From contig NC_134468.1 of the NCBI RefSeq assembly GCF_964194025.1, positions 22,196,001 to 22,260,000 of the forward strand: a stretch of DNA of 64,000 nt, given 5' to 3'. Made by a program: the position numbers and the translations under genes. Every line of letters starts with the position of its first letter. The stretch's first letter is position 1. A model generated the notes under the pieces. The model saw only the letters and a program-made list of their open reading frames with translations. It did not search any database and was not told the DNA's origin. Of the stretch, positions 53,126 through 64,000 are shown one piece after another. This stretch comes from Convolutriloba macropyga (Eukaryota).

Positions 53126-55444
53126 AAACATAGCTCACAAATTGCCAGAAAATAGCCGCAATAGCTTCATAGATCTGTAGTCTCAAAAACAAACAGTAAA
53201 AAAGACAGACCAAAAAAGAAATTTATTCTTTTCATTGAGGGCTGAGATGTTAAATTTTGAATCTGTGAAAACTGATTAAAAATCTGTTTAAATTATTGCT
53301 GTTTCTATTTGCTGCTCTTAAATAACCCTTCAATTAGAGTGATATACGCCCATTTGACCTTATCTATTTGAATTAAAGCAAAGAAAAGTCAATTTCAAAG
53401 TGAGGAAGTCATTTTTGAGAGTGAGGTAAGTCAAGGGTGACCAAAAATTTAATCACGCGAATGAACAAAAAAACTAGATTCACTTAAAGTGAAAAATGAC
53501 GTCACGCACGCAATTCAGTTAAAATTGCATGAACGGATGAACAAAAAGCGGATTTGAAAGGGGTTGTGACGTCATATGGTCGTAACAAAAATCTTGACGA
53601 CGAAATAAATAAACATAGCCGGAAGAATTCCGGAAGCGACTCGAAGCGTCAGAACTTCACCAACAAAACTGTAATTGCAACGGAAGCCACTACCTTTTGT
53701 ATTAAACCATTAACTCACTACCTCCCCAGGTCTGCTCTAAAAATTGGTTAAACTTAAACGACTGTCAACAAGAGAAACAAAATGCAGAAAAATTTTATAT
53801 TATTGAAAACGTTCGGTAACGTTAAAAAAACAAAAATAATTAAAGTGGTCAAAAACCTGATAGTCTGAAAAAGCTGACAAGGTTATCAATAGCCCTCAAA
53901 TATTTCATGATTCTAATCTGAAAAAGATCGCGAAAGTAAACAGCAGATAATAATCTTAGAAACTAAGTTAAATCTTTTCAAAAAAGAAAGCTCAAATTTA
54001 AGAATCAGAAAACACCTATAAATACACTTCTAATCACTGTTATTAGGACAAAAACAACACACACCTGTTCCTTCTTGTACATAAGCTAGACAACATGATT
54101 TCATACTAAATCAAAATTGAAATTGATCATAGAAAAGACATAAGCAGCAGAATATTCAAAGGCAAAAAATAGTTTTAATTAATACCAAGGCCGGAAGAAA
54201 GCTGTAGTAATTAGTCATAAGTGGAAATTTTGGAAAAAGCTTGCTATCAAACTCTCAGTACTGCCTTATGTTGAATGAAATCAATTGCAAACCAAAGAAA
54301 GCTGAAATCATTCATTTTTTACAACTGAAAAAATCAATATACGGAAAACAAATGTACGTGCCAGGACAAAGCTAGAATGATATTAACTAGAATGTGAAGT
54401 ACATGGACACAATGTAAGAAACACCGTAACAAAAAGACTTTCTTGATTTTTGAAAGTTAAAAATCAAATTAAAAAGTCAAGAAAAACGAATACATTTCAT
54501 TGTTCAGCATTCAAAACATAGAAAAGATAACTAGTCATCCGATACAAAGATCTATCCTCCTGAAGAGAAAAAAAATAGGAAAAAGCAAAATTCATAAATA
54601 CGAAACATTGAAACATTTTGCAAAAAAAATGGTCAAATAACTTTTGAGTTAAGACTGCATTTATGAAAAAGTTCTGTTTTTTAAAAACTTAACACCAAAA
54701 AATGATTGAATTTTTATTGAAACGAAATTAAAGTCCCTCATGTTGCACATTTCTATCAATTACAAACAAAATACAAACGAAAAACTGACGAAAATCGGAA
54801 AAAAACTACCTAATCGGATTATCATATGTACAATTTTATGAAACAAAATTATATCGAGGTAGAAAGAGGCGTTGAGTATAGGAATTATCAAAAAAAATGC
54901 CATCTTAACTGATTTTTGACAAAAAGACGGTTAAAAGATCCAAAAATGAAGAAATTAAAATTAAAAAGCCAAAAAATAACAAGAAAAATCAAGAATTATG
55001 TGCCAATTTTCAACTTGAAACGCATTTTCAGGCACTGCAAAACACTGTGGTACTCATTTCCGAGGTTGAAATTTCAATATCGTATCGAATAAAAGTTATT
55101 TCTACAAAAAACCAAATTGAAAGCAAAAAAATTGGGCCACTTAGACGAAAAAACGGCTAAAACCGGTCATCTATATGTGCAATTTAGTCAAAAACTACTT
55201 TTCAAAGTCAAAAAAAAGTCATTCACTAAACTCAGCGCATGATCAAAAAAGCTTCTCTCGCTTTGCGAAAATCTGTTCACCAAGACAGCTTTTCTCACTT
55301 TCGCTTTTAGGTCAAAATGCCGCGTGAAAAAATCTACTTCCTGTAAAAAAAATCCGAGAGAAAACCAATACTCCTCTTCGAGTCGTAAAAAAACCAAGAG
55401 AAGACCAATAATAGCCTCAGCTATCGCTTCGCGGCTATTAAAAA
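53126..55444 (-). mobile_element. Family B containing family C directly (53611-55393), with no D
   Basis: B 3' end at 53126, C 3' end aaacatagccggaagaattccggaagcgactcgaag at 53611, C 5' end cttcgagtcgtaaaaaaa joined to B 5' end ccaagagaag...gcggctattaaaaa. Confidence 0.85.
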
Positions 55445-55516
55445 GGATAGAAAATCAGGTGAGCAATACGAAACAATTTGATTTGATTTTTCGTGGAGAA
55501 ACCATAATTTACTTAC

Positions 55517-56109
55517 TCCGGAGATAGAGAGTTCGCAATTTCTTGCGAAATATCTTCAGCTGACGAATTTCTATTATTCTCTATGTCAAATGACCTCGAG
55601 TTATTTCGCTGATGAGCTGAACATACAGAACTTGTCTCTCCACTCTCAAGGGCAGAGCGTGGCCAAGCCGACAACCCATTTTTATTTTGTTCATGATCAC
55701 TGGTGCTTCCCCGCTGTGCTATGAAGTCTTCCCAATTCTGCCATTCACAAAAATTGTCAAGCAGCCCCGTCAGAAATTCTGAGTGGGTGGAGGATAGAAA
55801 ATCGAAAAATTTGTTCACACTTTCTTGGCGTAGGTTTATCTCTGAAGCCGAATTGGAGCGAAAAGTTGCTGGTTTTCGTAGCTTTGGTAGAGAAGAGATG
55901 AATGCTTCTTTTTTGCACTTGGTACAAATATTTGCTTGGAGCTCCAAGATTTTGCTATAGCGCTGCCATACAGTGTATTTCTCAACAAAATCTCCTGAAT
56001 CTGACCTGCTTTGACGGAACCCGACAATTTTGTACAAGGTATAGCCTTCCTTATGCTTTATTTTGCTTTCAACCAGAAAGTGAATCCATTGAGCATCTTG
56101 CAAAGGCAT
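55517..56109 (-). CDS. RPS6KC1: RPS6KC1-like protein, exon 1: PX domain
   Basis: HKEGYTLYKI...VWQRYSKILELQ...LPKL...INLRQESVNKFFDF PX pattern; donor GA|gtaagt (phase 2) joins exon 2 in frame across a 7485-nt intron. Confidence 0.88.
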
Positions 56110-56255
56110 AGCATACCAAACCTAGCATACTTCTGGCATACTTTATAGCATATTGCAGATTTACTTCCGAATCGTTGACAGAATTCAGCGTTTCTTCTGA
56201 AAAGTAGCAAAATCCTTCTTTAGACTTGATAACTTCTGAGACCTTATAAAATCAT

Positions 56256-58808
56256 TTTTGTTCCGACCCCTCTTGAGGGGGGAGGAACTATATACTCACT
56301 GGTTTTTTTTTTCAGACAATTTCGACCGATCGATATATTCATCGTAGAGAGCGGCATCATTAAAACTCCCGTCCAGCGTAGAATATGGAATTTAAAAGAT
56401 TTACTTGTGTTTCGTTTTCTAGAGCGAGTTATCAACGTTTAAATTTTTGTGAATATTAGACCGATTTGCGTTTATTCTATTCACATTTTCCGGAATTTTT
56501 GCCTAAAATTTTACCAAATTTGCAAAAATATGTTTAAAAAAATTTAACAATAGTTCTGTTGCTCTTATTTTTAAAGACAAAAAAGTATTGTTGGCTATTT
56601 TGACTTAATTTTTTGGCAAACACATTGGCTAAATATTTCAAAATTTACCCATTTTCATCAAAAATTGCACGAAATAAGCTTCTATCGTCAACTTTGATTA
56701 AATTTGCCGGAAGTACACACCTAAAAACAACTAACACGATTAATTTAAACTACAAAGGGAGCTAGTCCTATTTCTATTTCCATTGACAGTAGGCTGGAAT
56801 TACAGTTTTGCCGTTTTTTGCTAACTTTACTTGTGATTATCAAAAACGCAGCCTATATTTTTAATTTTTTAGCTAACAATTTATCTAGATATATACCAAT
56901 CGAAACAATTGAGTATTCTTAACGGACGAACGGCAATAGCAGGGCTGGTTTTGGTCCCATCTTGGACTGTTACGAACCAAAAAAGGTCGGACTGTAATCA
57001 GTCAGTCTTATTTTCAATCTTTTTTATGTTAATTAAAGAACAGAACAATTCAAAACTAATTGCCGATGGGTCCAACTGGCTTCCTCAACAGTTGCAATTT
57101 AATATCTCTATTTTCTTTACTAGAAGGATTATGGTCGTTTTGAATTTGAAAAATGTTTTATTTTTTAACAAAAAATGGCTTATTAGACTTTGCCACTATT
57201 TTTCTCTTTATTTATTCAACTTGTAGCCAAGTGTCAGCAAAAAAACTCCTTCTTCCTCTTCTTTCTACTGAATTAAGAATTAATCCTTTTGCGGTTTTAC
57301 GCGTTAATTTATGGTTTTTGCTTTGATAGTACTAGATGTCACATTTTTTTTTATTTTAATGCATTTGGTCCATTTTTTTATTTCTTTTCGTTAATCACAT
57401 CATCAAATTTGTTGACAGTTCACATATTTCATTATTGGCGTTCAAAATAAGGCAAAATTGAACATATGAAGGTCTTTAAAGGCATATACTATGGTTTTAA
57501 AGGCTTCGACTCCCCTTTCTCGAAGAATTTAAATGATTTTTTTTAATTTGTTTTAAACTCTCATTTTTACTTTGTCTCTTTAGTCGCATGAAGTTTCCTG
57601 GCTACTGACAGGTCTCCTTGGCTTTTTATGGAAAATAAATGAGCCTATTTTTTTATTTGAGTAGATGGCTGATGGCTTTCATGACTTGGAAAACAATTGT
57701 TTTCAAAAATTAAAAAAACACCAACTTCGCATTTTTGTTCTCTATCGATTATTTCTTGCCTAGTATGGTAACTTAAAAGTCACATATGACACAGTTGTTG
57801 TCCAGGGAGGGTGCAAGTGTACAAAATCTAATGGTTTTAAAGAATTCGTTATGAATTTACAGGCTTCGACACGGGTTTTTCGCAAATATAATTTGTGATT
57901 TTTGTCTATTTGACGTTTTTTGTAGACGTGAGGCGTAATCTGAATGAAAACAGGTCTCAGGTGCTTCCTTTGGACGAATAAACGAACCACTTTGATAATT
58001 TTTTTTGTAGCTAATGGCTTTCATGTCAATAATTGCTTTTGAAAAAAAAAACAAAGTACAACTAAATTTTGCATTTTTTCTCATTGTTGACTACTTAATA
58101 CCTATTCCTATTAATGAGAGTTCGCATACCTCATTGTTGGGGATCGAGGAAGGCTCAATTGAACATATTTTGAGAAAAATATGACATTACGGCTTCGAGA
58201 GCGTTTTCTCGCAGGTTTTAACTGAATTTTTGTTTTTTGTCTCTATTTGTTGTTCTTTTTGTAACATAAAAAACCTAATGATGACAGCTCTTAATGCCCT
58301 CCTGTAGAAGCGTATGTGATCATAAACATGTTGGATGTGTTCAATTGCTATTTAATGGTTTTCATACTTTGAAGTTAATTGTTCTTAAAATTATAAGCCA
58401 CTTTCTTAACTCTGCTGTTTTCTTTTCTTCGTTATTGTCTAATTCTTACCGAGCCTTATTATGGAGTCGTATTATTATAGAGTCCATATCTTTACTAGTG
58501 TAGTACAAGATTTTTGTTTAGTTTTAGTTTTATCTGACGCTATTTTGACCTTGTTAATAAGTTTTCTTTTTTGCACAAAAAATGGACGTAATTTTGGATG
58601 TAATTAATGTTTGTTGCTATTGTTGTTTGATTTTGTTGTTCATCTTGACTTGCTCTTTTAATAATGGCTGATCTCATCTTTTTTCTTCCAAAATATAATT
58701 TTTGGGGTTTTTCTATCTGTTCCTCTTTTGGTAGACGTTTATACGAAAAATATGGATAAGCGGGGTCGGATCTTTATGTGCGAACGCACATTAGCGAGCC
58801 TCCTTGTT
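56256..58808 (+). mobile_element. Family A element, full length, ~150 bp upstream of the RPS6KC1 ATG
   Basis: TGTTCCGACCCC at 56259; GGGGTCGGA...ATGTGCGAACGCACAT...GCCTCCTTGTT at ~58762-58808. Confidence 0.85.
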
Positions 58809-59663
58809 TAAAGCAATAAACAGCAGCCGAATAGCGGCATTTTGAACAGAACACTGTGCAACCCATGAAACTGTTTAGAGTAGCTTGATGCCTCGGGGTA
58901 TCAGGCGATATTGGATAAATATATTAAAGTCAACAATTTAAAAGTCAAAAATTAAATCAGTTCTGAGAACTTTTGTCAATAGTCAATTCGCATAATTAGT
59001 CACATAAAAACTCGTATTTTCTCATTTTAATTTTTAAAAAAATTATCATGACGTTTTCTTTCTTCCATTTTCACTTGATTAACTGCAGAATTGCATCTCG
59101 TACTTTTCATTTCTGGAACCCGAATTTGCTTATATGCAAATTTCAAAAAAAATCGAAGTGAGTCGAATTAAAAATTGAATGTCAATTCTCTCCCCTTAAA
59201 TTCGTCTGTCGTGTTAAGCGCGGGCCTCCGATGGCTGATTCGCAGCGCTTCAATAGGAACCCATTCTGGAACATTTCTTTTGGTTTTAATTTTGGAACTC
59301 AAATTTGCTAACATACGAATTTCGAAAAGTCGAATGTCGATTTAAATTTTAATTTCAGGCAATAGTTCGAAAATTAATTTATAAAATACGTTAATTCTGT
59401 GCCGTACGGTCTGTACTAGATAGGCAGGTAGTTTTAAATAGATGGAGTTGCATTTACCAAGGCGGGAAAACACCCAAACTCTTATGTCTACTTGAGCACA
59501 CAGAAATACATTTTCTGAGAGTGAAAGCTAATTATCTAAGATGAAATTTATTAATTTTAAATTGGTAGCTTTATGTCACAGTGCACAGTTTTGATTCCGT
59601 TGTTCTGAAAAAACTCATTTTATAAGTGCTCCGCTCAAGCAAATCACTACTAAACAACATCCG

Positions 59664-59792
59664 NNNNNNNNNNNNNNNNNNNNNNNNNNNNNNNNNNNNN
59701 NNNNNNNNNNNNNNNNNNNNNNNNNNNNNNNNNNNNNNNNNNNNNNNNNNNNNNNNNNNNNNNNNNNNNNNNNNNNNNNNNNNNNNNNNNNN
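59664..59792. other. Assembly gap (129 N)
   Basis: Run of N. Confidence 0.99.
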
Positions 59793-60255
59793 AATCCACC
59801 GGTTATTGAGTTGTTCAAAATTTATTGTTATTTACGTAAAGATGAGTTTCTTCAAGTCTCTACAGTTATTGCAGCCACACAAGAGCCAGACACAGTTCTT
59901 GGTTTATCTGCGGCGCACAAAACATTAAAAACATAGTAATGGCAAAGGACAATTGGCAGTTGGACTAGCAATTTACAAGGTATCAGATATCACGGATCTT
60001 TTTTGTCAGTACCACCCAGTCTAGGGGGTGATGTGTTATTTGCAACACCCAGACGCACGTGAGTTTTTTATAAGGAATTATTATGTAAGGCCACGTGTTT
60101 TTCAACTGGGACTGCATAACAAACAGTTGGGGGGGGGGGGCACTAACATAGAAGGCGACATAAAAGCGACACTAGAATGATACCATTTTATATTGCTTCA
60201 AGTACAAATAAACTATCAATAACTAAAATAAAGCTCAAATTAAGATCTCAGATAC

Positions 60256-60389
60256 TGTTGTGATAGTCGTTATAAATAATCTACCATTCCTTGTTGTTAT
60301 TCCTGCATTTGTTTATGTGTTTGATATCGTGTATCTTTCAGAACCAACGTTGAGTTAAAGCTTTAAGACAAAGCCTGTTTTCCACTACA
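60256..60389 (+). mobile_element. Putative 5' LTR (~134 bp) of a Ty3/Gypsy element
   Basis: TGTTGTG...CACTACA terminal inverted ends, TATAAATA at 60271, Inr-like TCAG at 60338, immediately upstream of the PBS and gag. The 3' LTR is outside the window, so the boundaries are unconfirmed. Confidence 0.65.
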
Positions 60390-60390
60390 A

Positions 60391-60405
60391 TTTAACTCAA
60401 CGTTG
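60391..60405 (+). promoter_or_regulatory. Primer-binding site complementary to the element's own LTR (putative self-priming)
   Basis: TTTAACTCAACGTTG is the exact reverse complement of 60345-60359, and there is no TGG tRNA-CCA complement. Confidence 0.7.
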
Positions 60406-60413
60406 TGAATGCC

Positions 60414-63400
60414 ATGAAGTTCAAGCCGCCACAACTTCCTTCAAGTCCGACTCCAGAACAATGGCGCTGGTGGAAAGACTGTTTCTCCAAGGGATTGGAT
60501 ATCAACGAAATCACAGAAGACGAACACAAACTGACCTTTTTGATTTCGCATGTGGGTTCGGATTTTTTTGCCATCTTGGAACACGCTCCTTCATACAACG
60601 AGGCCATTTCCATACTGGACAAGCACTTCAAGAAACCCACTAGGATCATATATGCCCGTCATCAGCTCCTCTCATGCCGTCAGAAATCGGATGAGTCTAT
60701 TTCGGATTTCATCAATAGATTGAAAATTCTACTCCAAAAGTGCGAATGCAAAGCCGTCAATATTCAGGAACATCAACAGCTCCTGATTCGGGACGCCCTC
60801 GTTGCGGGCGTGAAATCGGATATCATTCGCATGCGACTTCTGGAGCAAACGGACGAAGATGCAACTCTTGAGAATTGCATTTCACTTGCAAGCGCTATTG
60901 AACTGTCATCAGACTACAACCGAAGTTTTCGTGGAACTGAAGGACTGGACTCGTCTGTGCCATCTTCGGAGGCGGCATCAGAGTTGTGCGCCACAGGTCG
61001 ACCGCCAACTAGTACTGTCAATGAAGGAGGACAAGTTCGAAATAAATGCCAGTTTTGTGGACTTCGTGACCATCGCGACGAAACTGCCCAGCTCGGAACG
61101 ACAGTTGTCATAAATGCCAAAAGAAAGGACATTGGGCGACTGCTTGTCGGAGCCAGCTGGCAGTAACACAACAAGCTCAGCCAGAAGAGTCATCCGTTTC
61201 GGCACTGTCGTCGGTACTTCTCGCGGCCGGAGGAAGCTCCGATGCCTTCTATGCTTTGGTGAAGGTTGGGAAGAAGGTATTTCTCGGACTTGTTGACTCT
61301 GGAGCATCGGAGTCATTCATTTCCTACGAAGCTGCACGTCAGTGTGACGGTAAAATAACTATGACAGCATCCGCTACTCAACTTGCAGACAAGACCAAAT
61401 TACCAATACTTGGCCATATCGATCTGACGATGCAAGTGAACGCGGAAACCTACTCCACTCGTCTTAAAATTGCCAAGAGTCTTCTTGCAGATATCATAAT
61501 CGGCATGGATCTTCTCGGGCAACACTCAGTGGTACAGCTGGAAACAAAGGGGGATCGTGGCCCCGTCTCATTCTCGAAAGCAGCTCAGGGCACACACGCT
61601 GCAGCTATGTTCCCAGCATTGGACATTGAACCACCGATTCTCTTCTCAACCATAACCAAGCAAAGGGCCAAACCAATCACAACTAAATCTCGCTATGCGA
61701 GTAAAGAGAACCAAGAATATCTTACTCAAGAGATCGATCGCCTACTAGAAGCTGGCATCATAGAGCTTTCGTCGTCGCCATGGCGGGCCCATGCATTTGT
61801 GGTTAGACGTGGATCAAAGCCGCGTATGGTTATAGACTATTCAGAAACGATAAATCGTTATACGGAACCCGATGGATACCCGTTCCCGGAAGTGGAGACA
61901 ATACTCAACGGAGCTGCACAGGACAAATATTTCTCTCGCGTGGACCTGAAATCTGCCTATCATCAAGTACCTATTCAGGAATCAGATCGTCCATTCACAG
62001 CCTTCGAAGCAAATGGAGCGTTGTATCAGTTCACTCGACTTGCTTTTGGGCTAACTAACGCAGTTCCTGTTTTTCAACGAGTGATCGATTCTATCATTCG
62101 CAAGGAGAAGCTAGAAAAAACACGAGCCTATCTGGATGATGTTTTTATTTCGGGGGCAACTCAAGAGGAGCATGACCGTAATCTGGAGAGGTTTATATCA
62201 ACAGTGAAGAAATACGGAATCACTCTCAGCAAAGACAAGTGTCTGTTCAACGTACAACGAATTTCGTTGCTTGGCCATATTCTGGAAAAGGGTACAAAGC
62301 GGCCTGACCCTGAGAGACTCAAGACACTTATGGACTATCCGTTACCGGCCACTAAGCAGGAACTCCACAGGCTCATTGGATTCTTTGCCTACAACGCGAA
62401 GTGGATTGCGCATTACTCGGACAAAGTCCGACCGCTCCTGGACGCTTTCAATGCAGGCCTTCTGCCTCTTCCAGAGTCTGCGGTCAAGGCTATAGGGAAA
62501 CTGAAAGATGCTATAGCGAAGTCGGTTTTGGCTGTTCCTAAACCTGGTTCGCCGCTCATTATGACGACAGACGCTTCAGGAACGGCGATAGGAGGAACGC
62601 TCACGCAAGACTCGTAGCCCATTGCTTTCTTTTCGCGCTCTCTCAGTTCTGGGGAACGTAAACAGTCAGCAGCGGAACGTGAAGCATTGGCCATTGTAGA
62701 GTGTAGCCGTAAGTGGATGCCATAAATGAGAACTTACCATACCTTGATTCAAACGGACCAAGAGGCTGTTGCTTTTATCTTCTCTCGCAATAAGTCCAAG
62801 GTTAAGAATGACAAGCTGATGCGGTGGCGATTAGAACTCTCCACACTGTCATATGGAATCGAGTATAAGAAGGGGTCAGAGAACATCGCAGCGGATGCAC
62901 TCTCACGCATTGCGTCAATTGATAATTCCGGCACAGTGGACAACCTTCACAGACGCTTGTGCCATCCTGGAATTACAAGAATGTGGGAGTACGTCAGTCC
63001 ACACAAATTACCATTTACTTTGAACGAAGTACGACAGTCTTGCTCTGAGTGTCCCACCTACCTCGAATGGAAGCCTAAGTTCTACCGTCCCGAGAAAGCT
63101 CATATTATGAAAGCTACTCGGCCGTTCGAACGTATTAGCATTGATTTGGTAGGACCAAAATCAATGTCCCCAGCTGGAAATCGCTATCTTCTCACTGTAA
63201 TTGATGAGTACAGTCGTTTTCCGTTCGCAATACATTTAAAGGATATTTGTGCACAGTCAGTCATAAGGTCTCTCAAGTCAATCTTCTCACTTTGTGGAAC
63301 ACCGGGCTTCATTCACTCAGATAGGGGGACACAGTTTATGTCAGCCGACTTCGATAAATTCTGCGCCCATACGGGTATCGCACACTCCCGAACCACACCG

Positions 63401-64000
63401 TATAACCCCAAAGGCAACGGCCAATGTGAGCGCCTTAATAGAACGGTTTGGAAGGGCGTCGTCTGTACACTCCATTCGCGCGGTCTGCAACCCGATCGGT
63501 GGGAAGATATACTGCCTGATGTGCTGGCGTCAATCCGAGCACTCATTTGTACATCTACACAAGAAACACCTCACGAGCGGTTCTTTGGTTTCAAACGCAG
63601 GGCGCCTGCCAAATGGATTCTCCCTTCATGGCTGGCGCCGGGTCACCCCGTGTATGTCAAGATTTTTGTTCGCAACAAAGGCGACCCTATAGTTCAGCCT
63701 GCAGAAGTTGTGGAGCCAATAAACAATCAATTTACGAGAATTAGGCGGCGTAATGGAGCAGTCGACACAGTTTCATCGTCCATGTTATCTCACGGCAGCG
63801 TGGTGCCAAACCCTCGACGAAGATCCTCCCTGCCTCATCCCGTGAATGTCCCGGAAAAGCCGCAGGAGGGAAGCGATGTAATAGCGGATACGTCGATTAT
63901 GGACAACAATGCGCAAACGCTGGAAACGCTGGCTCCAGGATCGCAGCAAGATGTTTGCATGCCACGTACTGGTGAGAAGCCACCGCCCGTCATTTCCCAG
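60414..64000 (+). mobile_element. Ty3/Gypsy gag-pol (Gag, two Zn knuckles, PR, RT, RH, IN), inactivated, runs off the window
   Basis: Gag WRWWK..F / RDALVAG; knuckles CQFC..H and CHKCQKKGHWATAC; PR LVDSGA; RT SPW, VIDY, YLDD; RH TDAS, TDQ, ADALSR; IN HPG, DLVGP, SDRGTQF, NGQCER. Frameshift at ~61075, stops at 62615 and 62723. Confidence 0.95.

Noticed and set aside
3617-56109. Trans-spliced operon: five co-oriented genes, most with an AG a few nt before the ATG
   Set aside because: Candidate cis donors exist upstream (GTGAGT at 45872, GTAATT at 18848, GTAAGT at 11131) and most intergenic gaps are several kb. 5'UTR introns are sufficient to explain the pattern without SL-read evidence.
59615-59928. 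ORFs containing X runs
   Set aside because: They span the assembly gap.
61070-62725. Programmed frameshift or stop read-through in gag-pol
   Set aside because: The shift falls inside a Zn knuckle with no slippery site, the stops fall inside RNase H, and an integrase HHCC cysteine is also mutated, so this is ordinary decay.

Overview
AT-rich, repeat-dense animal (probably invertebrate) nuclear DNA; the taxon cannot be fixed from the sequence alone. Five intron-poor genes lie on the minus strand: an RPS6KC1-like PX-MIT-pseudokinase (2 exons), an orphan with SPKK-type repeats (2 exons), PCNP (1 exon), MRPL41 (with a probable 35-nt intron) and a zeta-class GST (2 exons). I also predict a plus-strand 76-aa micro-exon gene interleaved with GSTZ1, of which the ORF track shows only the last exon, and a TTC39-like fragment. 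Much of the intergenic and intronic DNA is made of five families (A-E, my labels) of non-autonomous Helentron/DINE-1-like elements (HINE-like). Each has its own subterminal inverted repeat (subTIR) and 3' hairpin. Families B, D and C are repeatedly nested concentrically at the same T-run just inside the host's 5' hairpin. The window ends in a decayed Ty3/Gypsy element with a ~134-bp LTR whose primer-binding site is a perfect 15-nt complement of its own LTR, which suggests self-priming instead of tRNA priming. Gene models and repeat boundaries were read by eye, and no database searches were run.
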